From: Nageia nagi
Taxonomy: Eukaryota > Plantae > Pinophyta
Assembly: GCA_050084985.1 (NCBI GenBank)
Contig: JBITNC010000001.1
Span: forward strand, 147,312,001 to 147,376,000
Length of the DNA stretch: 64,000 nt
Direction: 5' to 3'
In this document: positions 1 through 12,668 of the stretch, in pieces
How positions within the stretch are numbered: the first letter of the stretch is position 1
How the letters are laid out: each line of letters starts with the position of its first letter
Program-made: the position numbers and the translations under genes
The notes under the pieces: generated by a model
Seen by the model: only the letters and a program-made list of their open reading frames with translations
What the model was told of the DNA's origin: nothing
The model's database searches: none

Positions 1-540
1 TGAACTATGTGTGTCTCATACATATCTCTTGTACCAACAAAACCAAGCCAAGTGGAAAAGAGGAATTACTCTTATCTAGATATAGATATGTTGAGATAAT
101 TACAATGATGTGTAATTGTAGGTGTATCACTGGCTATGCAAACTGATACATCTCTACCAACCTAACTGCTTGATGCCCCCAATTATGGTCACCCTATCTA
201 GCCAACCATAAAGAAAGCTACTCCCACATGTTGTTGTTTGACACCTCCATCTGATGCACTAATCTTTACTTGATGGGAATCCTCCATATCTAATAAATAT
301 CTAGGAGAGTAATAGTCATTTGACTTAGGGAAGGTGAAATGTGTTACAATCTAGATCTTGGCACTCTGTTAGCATTATCAGGAGTGATAAATCTTGTTGG
401 ATATGTCCAATAATGGATAGGACTACTAGCCCACATTGATTTAGAATTTCATCCAATTGGTTTGAACTCGGCCATGTCCTAGCTTTCTCCATCATGGCCA
501 TAGCCATTGACCCATCCCTTATTAGCACCTTGAACTCCTA
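1..540 (-). pseudogene. Plant Mobile Domain (PMD / aminotransferase-like, MAIN/MAIL-type) pseudo-ORF, runs off the window's left edge
   Basis: ORF 325-528 ends DLSLLIMLTECQDLDCNTFHLP. After a frameshift the minus strand reads QMTITLLDIY*IWRIPIK*RLV, and further on YLYLDKSNSSF. These match the PMD motifs ALVERW..ETHTFHLP.GEMTITL.DV..ILGLPI.G and LFPDKS. Stops and frameshifts are present. Confidence 0.8.
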
Positions 541-2186
541 CAAGGGAATATAAAAATTTATTAAAACTAAAAACATGCATTGAAAAATAAATAGAATGTT
601 TTCAATTTGGGAATTAATGAAATAGCATATAGAAAAATCAAAGTTTGCTAATTGAAAAAGTAAATTAGTAGAGGAAAATGAATTACTATGTGGTCAAAAG
701 GGAGGGAGTGTATGTATTCCGTTATATAGCCTTGCCATCCAATGGTGGAGCATCCAATCCCCCTATAGTCTACATAAACCATGTCAACAAGTTATAAAAA
801 TGATAAAATTAAGTAAAACTATGTGATCTTAGGGGTCCCAAAACTAGAAAATCTTTTTCAATAATGGGACACATCAGATCAAATAAGATGAGTTGCCAAG
901 TCAACAAGCTATAGAGGATAGGTCACCAAAACACTAAAAAAGATAAAAGGAAAAGTTAAAATGAACTCGAAAAGTCAAAAAGTGTTTATATATTTTTCTA
1001 TTTGCTCCTAAACACTAGGGATTTCTTTTTATGGTTTTGTATTGGTCCAAAACATTATTTTGCATGTTTGTTGTGATTGAAATTATTTTACAGCTCTATA
1101 ATTTCTTTTTCAAAAACTAATTTTGATGCTTTCACATCACTAATGGTGTTATTTTCTACAAATTGATCACCCATTCGATGTTTGTCATGCCAAAATGGTA
1201 AAATCATGCCTTTACATACCACATAGTAGATATTCCATTGTTAATTATTCATTTATATTATTTAAATTTATCTATATTAAATGGACATTGCTAGTGGTGT
1301 GGATTAAGTCAAATTGCTAGAAACTCTCAATGCACTACTTTAATTTTCATTATCATGAATGTTTCTAGTTGATCATTTAGAATATTGGATTATTGCAAAT
1401 GATAAAATTGTATTGTTAAAATTCAATTTGATTAAAATTTAATGCCAATTTTTCAAATTTGAAATTATACATGGTTTATGAATGTTAAATACTTGAAACT
1501 TCATGTTTCATTTCCAGTTGGATGCACTATTTTTCTTGAAAATTAAATCATCCATTTAGGTGTCACTAGTTTCATGGAAAATATATAATTAAGTGTGCTT
1601 CCAAATGATTGCTTTGTTTTCATAGTGTTACAAGCTCAAAATGATGAGGTTTTTTTATTTTACAAACATTTTATAGACAAATTGAATATATAGTCAAATC
1701 TTGCTAATTCATGTTCAATATTGAAAATATTATGACAAGTGGTATTATTATTTTTGATCTAAAATAATGCTAAATTATATGGATGATTTTCAATTTAATA
1801 TCTTTTGAATTTCTGTACTTAATATGGAAGATTTCATGCTACCAGTGATGTGTAATTGCCAAAAATATTTTATAAATGAGGTATATTTAAATTTTACTTA
1901 ATATTCACTCATTTCAAAAAAATGTTTATGCGTATACAATATTTTATGGATATGTATCAAAATTGTTAAAGACATGATTGTAAAATTTTAGGCATAACAC
2001 ACTATCAATGACAAGTATTCACTTTGAAAATTTATGCAAATTGAAGTATTAAAATGCAAGACAACTAACTCTTGAATATTGGGTACATTTATGGAAATTA
2101 AATGCTATTGATCATTGTTCTACTAACAAATATTTTTAAATTCATGTTCACCTTGTGAGAAACATCTCTTATCAATTGCAGGATTA

Positions 2187-2425
2187 TTCCAAGATTGAGT
2201 CATTAAAAGTTCTCATCAGCTTGATAATCATCATTGTTCCAAGCTTGGATCATTAAAAGTTATAATAATATTAGTCTTCATAGACTATGACTTATCTATC
2301 ATGGTAGTATATACATCATGGATATTACAAGCCTAGGGTATTAAAGAGGACCTCATGTAGTTGTTCTTCATAGATTATGAGTTGTCTTTCACAGTAGTAT
2401 ATATATCATGGTTAATAGCACTATG
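2187..2425. repeat. Two short tandem duplications (~50 bp x2, ~92 bp x2)
   Basis: ttccaagattgagtcattaaaagtt / ttccaagcttggatcattaaaagtt; tcttcatagactatga...gtagtatatacatcatgg / tcttcatagattatga...gtagtatatatatcatgg. Confidence 0.7.
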
Positions 2426-3659
2426 AGTAGCATCAATCATAGTGAAACATTGCATATTATATTTATTTCATCCTTTCTCTTTACATTGCTTATTCTTTCA
2501 TGGATGTGATCTATGTGGGTATATGTTTCTTTATTTTTAAGGTATTATCTAGGTGAGTAGGATTGGCATAGACTGCTCACCTCATAAAGGGACTCCAATT
2601 TTGGTTTGCTTACCCAACACACATGAGCTAGGGGAAACCAAGACCAAAAGGAGAAAAATAACATACTACCATACTTGACATATTGATATAATAGGGAAGT
2701 CTGCTTTGGTATTGAAAATATTTTTCTCTTCTCTAGACTTCTTTGTATTATGTAATTTCAATGCTTTGCATTACATATCCAAAGAGGGGGAAATGCAAAT
2801 GCCTAAAAATGATTTATTATTTATTTAATAAATAATATTTAGACTCATTAAATGATTAATTGAAAATAATACATAAATTAAGATAAAGTGTTATTAAAAT
2901 GCAATATCATGTGCTAGGACCAATTTAATATCATGTACCATGGTTTATATTTTAATTTTTCTTGAATATAGAAAAGATTATTGTTAATGTTATGTGTCAG
3001 CTTTCACTCCTTCCTATTTCATTATAGGTTATAAATACAGGAGGTGAAGGTTGACATCCCTATCAGATCTTTCTAATAAGTAATTGTCCCAAACATCAAA
3101 CTTATGGTGACTCTTAATGCCATCTATATTGAGAAATTTGTTACACTCTTTGAGCTCTTTTATCTCTCCTTTATGTGCAACATAAAATATCAAATTCCAC
3201 ATAGGCAATAGCATACCATTCCCATGTAGCTAGCAATGTGCATCTTTTAAATTAGAAGGTGTTGATTTTAGGGAAAGACTCATGGTTCCATTCTATAAAA
3301 TATTCATTATAAGCTCATTTGAATTCCAATCATAATCCATTGAAGATTCATTATTGTTCCACCTTATTGATTGTACAAAATTTGCTACTTTCTCATTTTG
3401 TATCAAGTTTATATATTTATGTACATTCATTGTATAAATGATATAGAGTGTATCATTGTATATTCATTGTATTTGTAGACCATTTATTTATTTTTGTATT
3501 TATTTATTAATTACACATTTTTGGGTCTACATGATCTATGAAGGTTATTATGGATTTTCAACAAATCAATGCCAATTATTTTCTCTCTTATTTTCTCAAA
3601 GGAGGCCATTCCCAAGGATGAATAGTATCCATTATTATAGGAAATTCAACTAAGTATAG

Positions 3660-6600
3660 GTAATCCTACCATTTAGTATTTTGTTCCATGTAGTACATTC
3701 TAGGCATATCCTCAAGAACTCTATTCTTTCTTTTAGTTTTTCCATTTTTCTCTAAGTGATACGCTAAACTCATGTTCAAATTTGTTCCTAATTCCTTATG
3801 CAATGATTTCCAAAAGATGGAGGTGAACTTTGAATCCCTATATGAGATGATCACCTCAAGAAATCTATGCAATATAAAACTTTCATGGGAAAACTTATTT
3901 ATCATATTGGGGGCATCATCAATGGTGTTACCTAGTATAAAATGTGCTATGTTGGTCAATCTATCAACCACTACTAGAATTGAGTCATGATGGAACCTAG
4001 TTTTCAATAAACCAATAATGAAATCCATCAAAATTACCTACCATTTTTGTGTAGGGACATTATGTGGATATAGATATCCACCTAGATGTTGATGTTCTAC
4101 CTTTACCTTTTGACATTCAAGATATCTTACCATAAATTCTTCTATATCCCTTTTGATGCAATCCTAATAAAAGTTTTTCTTTAGATCTTCTCTCATCTTT
4201 GTGCCTATCGAATGTGCTACATACGAGGGATGATGGACTTCTTAAATGACCAAACTTTTTAAATTTCCCTTCTCTAGAATGACCAATCTATTTGTAAAGT
4301 AAAGAATTTCATCTTTTTTAGCAAAATCTTATGATGATGGGGTACCCTTCCCTATCAATTCCTAAATAGAATTACAATATGAGTCTTCTTATTGCAAAAC
4401 CTTCACTTGGTCAAATAAATCAAACTAAATTCTTATCGAGGCATTGAGATGTCATCAACATCTTAGGGAATCTACTACCTTATTTTCTTTTCCCTTAATG
4501 TATACGATGTGAAAGTCATATTTAGCTAAGAATTCCATCCATCACCTTTGCCTAGCATTTATATTCAGCTAAGTGAACAAATACTTTAAACTTTGATCAT
4601 CTATTTCAATTTTGAAAGGCTTTCCTATAATATAGTGTCTCCACATCTTAAGTGCATGAACTATGGCTACCAACTCAAGATCATGAGTTGCATAGTTCAA
4701 TTCATGGGTTCTCATTTTTTTGGATTTGAATACTATTGGATGTCCATTCTATAATAACACACAACCCAATACTTATAGCAAAGTATCTCTACACACTACA
4801 AAGTCACTATGTGGGTTAGGGATAATGAGAATTGATGTTGTGGTAAGCATTTCTTTCAAGGTTACAAAAGCTTTCTCATACTTTTATGTCCATTTGAACA
4901 CCTTATTTTTTTTTTGAATACTGGTGATGGGATTGGCTTTTTTTGAAAAATCCTTAACAAATATTAAGTAATATCTAGCTAATCCTATAAAATTCCTTAC
5001 CTTCGTATTATTTATTTGCACAAGCAAACTCATTATTTCTTACACTATCTTTGGATCAACCAACATTCCTTCTATAGAGATGATATGGCCTATATACTAA
5101 ATTTGGAGACATAGAAATCACATTTTGATAATTTCCCATATAACTATTTTTTTCACAAAACTTCTACACCCAATTTTAGATGATGATTATGGTATTTCTC
5201 ATTTCTTGAGTATATGAGGATATCATCTAGGAATACTAGCAAGAACTTATCTAAGTATTCCTGATATACACTATTCATAAAATTCATGAATGCTATAGGA
5301 GCATTTGTTAACCCAAAAGGTGATACCACAAAATCATATTGTCCATATCTAGTTTTGAAAGCTATTTTACAAGTATTTGATTCCTCAATTATCAATTGGT
5401 GGTATCTTGATGTCAAATCTATCTCTGAAAAGATAGAATAATCATTTAGTTGGTCAAATAAATCATCAATTCTAGGTAAATGATACCTATTTTTGATGGT
5501 GACCTTATTTAGCAACTTATAATTGATACACAAATTCAGAGTACCATATTTCTTTTCATAAATAACATAGGAGCACCCCATGGTGATACACTAGGTTTTA
5601 TCAACCCTTTTTCTAGTAAATATTGTAATTGTACCTTCAACTCCTGCATCTCAATAGTGTTCATTCTATATGGGGTTCTAGAAATAGGTTCTACTCTAGG
5701 TACTAAATCTATCATGAAATCAAGATCTCATTTTAGGGGTAATCTTGATAGATCTTTAGGGATTACATCTTTGTATTCTTTTAGTCTAGGGTACTTATTT
5801 AGCAATTCTACCTCCTTATCATCTTTTTCAACTTCCTTAATTTTGATTGTGTAAATCCTCTCTCCTTTTCTTATGCTCCTTTTAACTTGCATGGTTATGA
5901 TCAAGTAAGTCTCAAAAGGCCCTTGATCATTGCACACCTTGTATTAGTTTTGAGATACATTCATGTATTCTACCCATCTCTCTTGGAATTTAATTAGTTC
6001 TTTATGTGCCATCAACAAATCCATGCCTAAAATGATATCATAAGAGGATTAGGGAACCACATACAAATCCCATACAATATAGCCCTTAGGTAATTCTATT
6101 TCAACATCCCCAAAATATAGTCTAACATGGCATTTCTTCTTAGGTCCAAACTCCACTTGTTAAAAATTTTGGTGCCTTTTACATATCCTTAACTAAGGAA
6201 TTTGAAATAAAACTATTTGTAGCACCATAATCTATCAAAACCTTAAAGGATTTATCAAAACATTTACTAGGTATTTGAAGAGGTGTGGCTTCTCCTTTGG
6301 TCTTTGTTGATCTTGTAGCTACAAAGATACAATATTCTTTAGACTGATCTACCTTCAAGGAACATTGATTGGCATAGTGAGCTCAACCACAATTCCAACA
6401 TCCATCTCTAGGACCCTTCTTCTATTTTGGAAGCTTGTCCTTAGATGCATTTTGATTAAATCTTTGGTCTCAAAGTCCTTGGCTATGGTTCTTGGAACCT
6501 TAGCTTCCATTCCCAAGGTTAAACATTTGCTTATATAATGATTTATTTTTCCTTTGAAAGTTCTTTTTCTTGCCATTCTTGTTCCAAAATGACCTTTTCT

Positions 6601-7300
6601 CACATTTGGGTAGGTTTCCATCCTTATAGCTATGGTTATTTTCCTTGATCTTCTTGTTGCTCTTCTATTGTGCTTAATGCTTTGCATTTTTACTCTTCTA
6701 GTAGATTTCTTTGTCTTTTCATTCAAAAGATTACAATTTACAAAGGTCTTCTTAATACCCAAATTGCCTTCTCTTTTTGTGAGGTCATATGCTTCTTTAA
6801 GTGTTTTGGGATTCAATATATTCACCACAATCTTGATCTTAGGATCTAACCCAACAAGAAATTTATGACCCTTTATATAGTTCTTATCTTCAAGAACATA
6901 TTTGAGCAACTTTACAAAATTTTAATGATAGCTTTGGACACTCATAGATCCTTATTGTAGGGTATAGTACTCTTCATACTTTCTATCATAGTGGATTTGG
7001 GGAATGAATCTTTTACAAAATATTGCAATAAATTTGGCCATTTCAGATAGTGAATCCCATGCTCAATCTTGTATACATTCCACCATTCTATTTCAATATC
7101 TAGAAAATTATAGGTATCCCATACAATTTTAGATTCCAAATATAAGTTCTTCATCGAGAAGTATGTATCTTCTTCTCCTAACCATATTTTAGCTTGTGCA
7201 TCCTCTTGTTTACCATTAAACTTTAGGATCTAGGCTTTCTTAAGATCTAAAGTAAATTCTTATTCAATTCTTACCTAAATTTGGTCATTTTTTCCTTCAA
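3660..7300 (-). pseudogene. gag-pol polyprotein relic of element 1
   Basis: Gag zinc knuckle GCWNCG*AHYANQCS (~6360-6405). Protease VLIDYGATNSFIS (~6205-6245). RT NRYHLPRIDDLFDQL / KIAFKTRYGQYDFVVSPFGLTNAP / VFLDDILIYSRN (ORF 5153-5581). RNaseH NYATHDLELVAIVHALKMWRHY (~4630-4700). Integrase MDFIIGL...DSILVVVDRLTNIAHF...DSKFTSIFW (ORF 3666-4031). Confidence 0.93.
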
Positions 7301-7741
7301 GCCTTACTTGGTTTGGAACATATTCTTCTCTTGGTAGTTCAACCCATGGATTTAGCATATTATTTATAATCTCTTATTATTCCACCACCTATTCTTGTAA
7401 CTTTTTGATGGCTTCTTCACCTTAATTATGCTATGTGGAATAGCTTGAAAAACTTTCATTTTCATTATTAAGAACCATTCTATTGGAATTCCTTATTATT
7501 CTATTCCTTGTATTCTAACCCCTAATGTTCCTTTTATTTTCTCTTGCATTAGCATGTATGAGGAGGCCATTTCTAGAACCTTATGGTAGGTTGAATGGAG
7601 CTCTTGTTACACATATTGGAATTGCTATAATTTGAGTCCACGAAATGGTGTTTTCATTAGGCTCAAGTATACTCATCTCAACTTCCTAAATTCTTACAAC
7701 AAAAGAGTCATGGAACATAGGCCCAATAGTTTGTACTTGAT

Positions 7742-7754
7742 GCTCTGATACTAG
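7742..7754 (-). promoter_or_regulatory. Primer-binding site (tRNA-iMet) of element 1
   Basis: Minus strand reads ...attaca c tagtatcagagc, i.e. TGGTATCAGAGC with one G>A change, immediately after the LTR end. Confidence 0.85.
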
Positions 7755-10700
7755 TGTAATGCTACCACCTATTTCTTGATAATATTTTCCACCTATTCTT
7801 GACATCACAAGTACTAATAATTTAGACCTTTTTGATGTTTAATTTAAACACTTGAATGTTTTATGAATGGACAAGGCTATCCATATAAGCATATCAACAC
7901 TACTAGCTATTCAACACCCACATGGAAAGATTGGCCAAATTTGGACTAACCAACCCTAATCAAATTTCTTTTTGTGTTCACTTCACAATGCTTATCTAAC
8001 TAGAATATGCCACATAAGTGACCCTACCATTTATGCTCATGAACTATGGAATAGACATTTTGGTCATTATGTAGTGGTTTCCTACTTAGGGCCCATATCA
8101 CCTAAAAGAATGCTTGTCCACTAGGTTTTTCATCGTTTTGATGTAACCCTCTGATTCACAAGTATATATAGATTTTCCTAGGTAATATCCCTTATGAAAT
8201 GGGTAAGCATCATTATCTTATGGAATAGTCATCATACTCCCATTTGCTAAACTATGGGTAGTATGAATACTTGCTACTTTCATCTAATAACTATAGTTTT
8301 ATCAACTACTACACTCATCTAACAACCTATCAAGGATATGAGACACTAGCCTTCCCATATCTATTACTAAGGCTTACCATGGTGTTTAGCATCATTGTGC
8401 CCATATCATGGGGATCTATGGGTATTGGAATAATAGCCTTGAGTGGTTTGTATAGTCTAATAAGTTTTAAAAAATGTTATAAAAAATAAACCAGCCCATA
8501 TTCTATCGATCCTAGAAATAATTTTTATAGGTTTCATGCTTGTTTCAAGCATTAAGATGTTACCTTGATCTAAAAATTCATGCTAAACAAAAATATCTTT
8601 CATATTTAAAATAATCAAGTAATAGATTCATTAGCATATGCAAAAAGTTCAAATCAAACTAATTAAATAAGTCACTAAGAATATTCAAAAGTACAATAAT
8701 TATCCCATATGCATGATGTGGTTCATAAACTACTACTTTATAAAAGCTTCAAATGCTAGAAACTAATATTAAGGCTTGAGTTAACACTAAACTCAACTAC
8801 TTCTAACAAGTATGGGATAGAGTGGTTCATACTTAATGAATATTCTTTTTGTATGTCATTTAGCGAGTTCTTATAAAAAGAGTTTGAATAATGATCTTAT
8901 ATGTATTTATCCTCATCATTGAGATAACCCTTAAGTTCCATGCTTGCATATTTAGTTCAATTATATGATAAGTTTGAAGTCTACTTTATCCTTCTAGGTT
9001 TTATCAACTCATTTAGGTCAACTTAAGGATTATTTCCTATCTTTATTACTTGAACCAAGTATTATTTCTCAAGATAATCATCTACATATATAAATATTTA
9101 TCATATGAGCCTTTGCTTATCTCAAGAATAGGTTTGATTCTATATTCATTTTGACCATATAGAAAGTTTTTTCATCTTTTTCTAAATTGTCTATAGCACT
9201 TATGATAAGTCATTACCTATATCATAGGTTACATCTTACCTTCAAACTAATACAAGGTTATCTAAATACACTAAATTATCTTCTTTGATACACTTACAAG
9301 TGTCTAGGGATTTATAGTTTTTTCCATAATTTCACACTCTTTGAGTCACTAGAAAAATTATCTTTATATTGAGAAATCATGGATCCCTTTCCTTTGATGA
9401 ATCAATTTCTATGATATTGCATACATAATATGGATTATATGAGACAACCTTAGTGTATGGTTACTTGGGAAAACTTATAATTTATTCATAGTTACACCCA
9501 TGACTATGGTTTTATTTCTTACACACGATAGATGTTCATTATTAAAAGTGTAGTAATACTCTATTTTATGAACATTTTTGGATTCAGTTATACCACATAT
9601 TACTTAAATAATTTTAAGAACATTCCCATGGAGGGAATCACATCAAATACATTCTTTGAAAAATAATTTACATATGAACCATGGTTATCTTTATGAATTC
9701 AAATTTGTGTGATTGACAACTCCATCTTCAACCCTAATTAAGTACATGGACATCATAAACTTTCAAATATAGGGTAACCCTAATTTTACATCATGGATTA
9801 TAATCATTTTATCACATGTATATTCCCTTACACATAACATAGGAAATTTACTTTACATCATTGTAAAAGTATTTCATTGATGAGCTTTGTTAGATCTTTA
9901 TCCTTAGGAAGTAGCTCCTTGCCATCTTAATTATTCATACTCTTGCAATGGATGAAGGTTAATTAATTTTGAGTACTTAGAGAGGGTCATGAGTTTTGAG
10001 GATAAGGATAGCCCATTTTGTTTTTTGACCAAAATGCACAATATACTAAATATTCCAAAATTCATTTCAATAATTTAATTACCCTATTTATGGACCTTAA
10101 GAGGATTTATGTTACCACTAGAATCTACCTGCCTTCCTTGGTCATAGGGTAAATTATTACTTAGCCAAATTACTTAATAATTTCAAATATGTCAATTTCT
10201 TTTCTTAAAAAATGAATAATTACTGATATCATTTTTTAAAGAATCCAATTCAATATAACTCTATTATTTGATTTTCAAAGTAGTGTTATATCATCATTTC
10301 AAAAATAAAAACATGATCCTCATACATTCATCCATTCTACCAAAAGCCTTATCTTTTTAATTATAGAATCATATTCTAATATCTTAAATTATTAAAGTGT
10401 CTACAATAAAGTTAGATTTATTGTATTCTAGATCCCAAAACAAGATCTAAATTTTAATTCATTTATAATCAATTTTGGGATAATTAAGAAAAAACATTCA
10501 TTTCCTATGGAAGCATATCATTTCAATTTTTTCAATGTAGAGGAGTTTAAGTAAGCTTTCTAGAAAAGGGTAAACAAAGCACTCCATTTGATGGCAATAT
10601 CAATGATTGCAAAGAAATTATCTTGTATGATTCATGATTAGCATTGATCATGGAGTTTACACAAGGAGAACATGTAAGAGAGCCTGAAATTCATTCAACA

Positions 10701-12668
10701 AAATACTTCATTGAAGCATGCCCTCATAGGAATCATGATACTATGAGTTACTAATATAATCACCTCACTTAAAGCACCATGTTACAATAGGAATGTGTGT
10801 AGGAAATGTATGAATTTGTTTACTTTGATATCCCACACCATAATGAGCTAATGGAATACAATATGAACAAATTAGGGACCTAGGTCTTCATCACTAGATG
10901 CCCATTTACATAACATTATTCTCAAATTATGATGTTCATAGGGCATGCATGAATGGCTATGTTGAAAGGCTTGTCAAGTTGCATATTTGAAACCCCTTAT
11001 AATAGAGTCAACATTCATAGTAACAATGGTGTTGGCTTCCTATTTGTAGCCTCATGAAGACAATGACCATGGAAGTAAAGATGAGGATAGTCCATAACCA
11101 TGTGGAATACCAAGATAAGGCATTAATGAGGCCTTTATATTAAAGGCTTAAGGGTCCCATTTTTAAATGGCATGTTTTGAGTGTCATAAGGGAAGATAAT
11201 GCATGGGATTATGGGAAACAAATTATGGAATAGCTAGGCAAAACTTTCTCTCTAAAAGTTTGATTTGAGGTATAACATCCATCCCAAATATTCAAGGCCT
11301 ACGAGTGAGGGGAAATATAGTGGGTAGAAGGGAAATTTCTTCCTAGTATACTATGCTCTAAAATGGCTATAGTTATTCCATGATACTTCATGGATTAACT
11401 AGTTACTTCTCACTATTTTTAAATTAGTATGTCACACATGGAATGGCCATGAATTTTCATGTCATGCAAACAAACAAAATTTAAAATAAATATTTCACCT
11501 CTTTTCATTTATAATTAGACAAAGAAAATAAATACAAAAAATATGTCTTCTCAAAGTACTTCAAATGTAAGACTAATAATAGCAATTATCTTCATTAATA
11601 TTATCATAAACATTTAAATAAACCTTTCTTAATTTGAACAAATTATAATAAATTCAAATAAATTCACAACTTAACTAAGCATTTTAGCATTAATATCTAA
11701 AATGCAAAAGAGAGCACCTAGGCTTGAGAGGAGAGGATTCCTTTCTCCATGGGACTATAGGAAAAAGAGAAAAGAAATAATAATATTATTATGATTGTAT
11801 CCTTTCCTAAGGGTTCTCCAAGTATTTATAGCTATAGGTTGCTATAATATTTCCAAAAATATGTTTAGTCATCCAACTTAACAATTTTTGTTTGGATGGT
11901 ATAGGCATTTTATTTTTTTTGGTGGTAGGTCTCAAATAATTTTGTTGGCAAGTGTGGTATTATACAAAATAATTTGGACCCTTTATATTAGGTTACAAAA
12001 TATACCCAATAATTTAATACACCTAACAAAAGGAAAAAAATTGTGTAGGGATCCCATCTCCATTATTTTCATAAAATCCCATAATACCCTTGTAACCTCC
12101 ACCACATGAAAAATAATCCTTTTAACTATAAATTTTCATTTCAACCAATTTTACTAAAATCCATAGGTGAAAATTATAAAATTTAAATGAATGGAATATT
12201 CCTTTCCTCATTCACAAATAGTCAATAAATTTTGAAAAATGCATATCAAATTTTTGACACTCATTTTTACTTGTGGTGACCCCTTTGTCTTGCAAGGTAA
12301 ATTTATTAGTGCACACACACATACAATATCAAAATTGAATATTATATGTAATAATTATGGTATATGTATATATGATATATGAAGGTCATTAGGTCTTATC
12401 AATGAATCAACATCAATCATTTATTTACTCTTACCAAATCCATTCTCATAACCAACTCACCCTTGGTCCATTGGGTCTTTAACCTGCATCCCATCTCAAG
12501 TCAACATGTAACCTTTGTCATTAAATCTCAAAGCTAACATCAAATTGATACAACTAATGCATATATCCACACAAAATTACTCATTTCACAACATAAATAG
12601 TCTCAATCACAATCAAATTCTTCATCGTGTTTGAGTCTTAGTAATTACAAATCAGGTGGATTGTTATA
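7755..12668 (-). mobile_element. 5' LTR of element 1 (LTR copy A1, ~4.9 kb)
   Basis: U5 end tgtaatgctacc at 7755 is adjacent to the PBS. U3 end ...aggtggattgttata at 12668 is homologous to ...gggtgggtcgttaca at 39450. TATA (+ strand gtatttatagc) at ~11822-11832. Arms are homologous to copies B, C, D and E. Confidence 0.8.
10560..11240 (+). pseudogene. Captured PLS-class PPR fragments inside LTR A1 (antisense to the element)
   Basis: Reads LEKGKQ; DGNINDCKEIILYDS*LALIMEFTQGEHVRE; CMNGYVERLVKL; HVLSVIREDNAWDYGKQIME. These resemble PPR consensus pieces LEQGKQIH, CG.I.DA...SWNALIAGYAQNGH.EEA and VL.AC....AL..GKQIH. Confidence 0.65.

Larger units (their letters stand above)
1..3000 (+). mobile_element. 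3' part of a Tat/Ogre-like Ty3/gypsy element (antisense PMD ORF, 3' tandem repeats, PPT, start of 3' LTR)
   Basis: Polypurine tract ccaaagagggggaaa at 2779-2793 followed by TG (tgcaaatgcctaaaaatg, 2794). This closely resembles the PPT/LTR junction of the Tat-like element at 62788-62802. Short tandem repeats lie upstream. The right boundary is uncertain. Confidence 0.5.
3660..12668 (-). mobile_element. Ty3/gypsy chromovirus (Tekay/Del-like) element 1: 5' LTR + PBS + decayed gag-pol, truncated inside integrase
   Basis: Domain order on the minus strand is gag, PR, RT, RNaseH, INT. PBS and LTR termini are identified (see sub-features). Many stops and frameshifts. Confidence 0.93.

Noticed and set aside
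3029-3400. Coding-looking minus-strand stretch (61-aa ORF)
   Set aside because: No family recognisable by eye; left unannotated.
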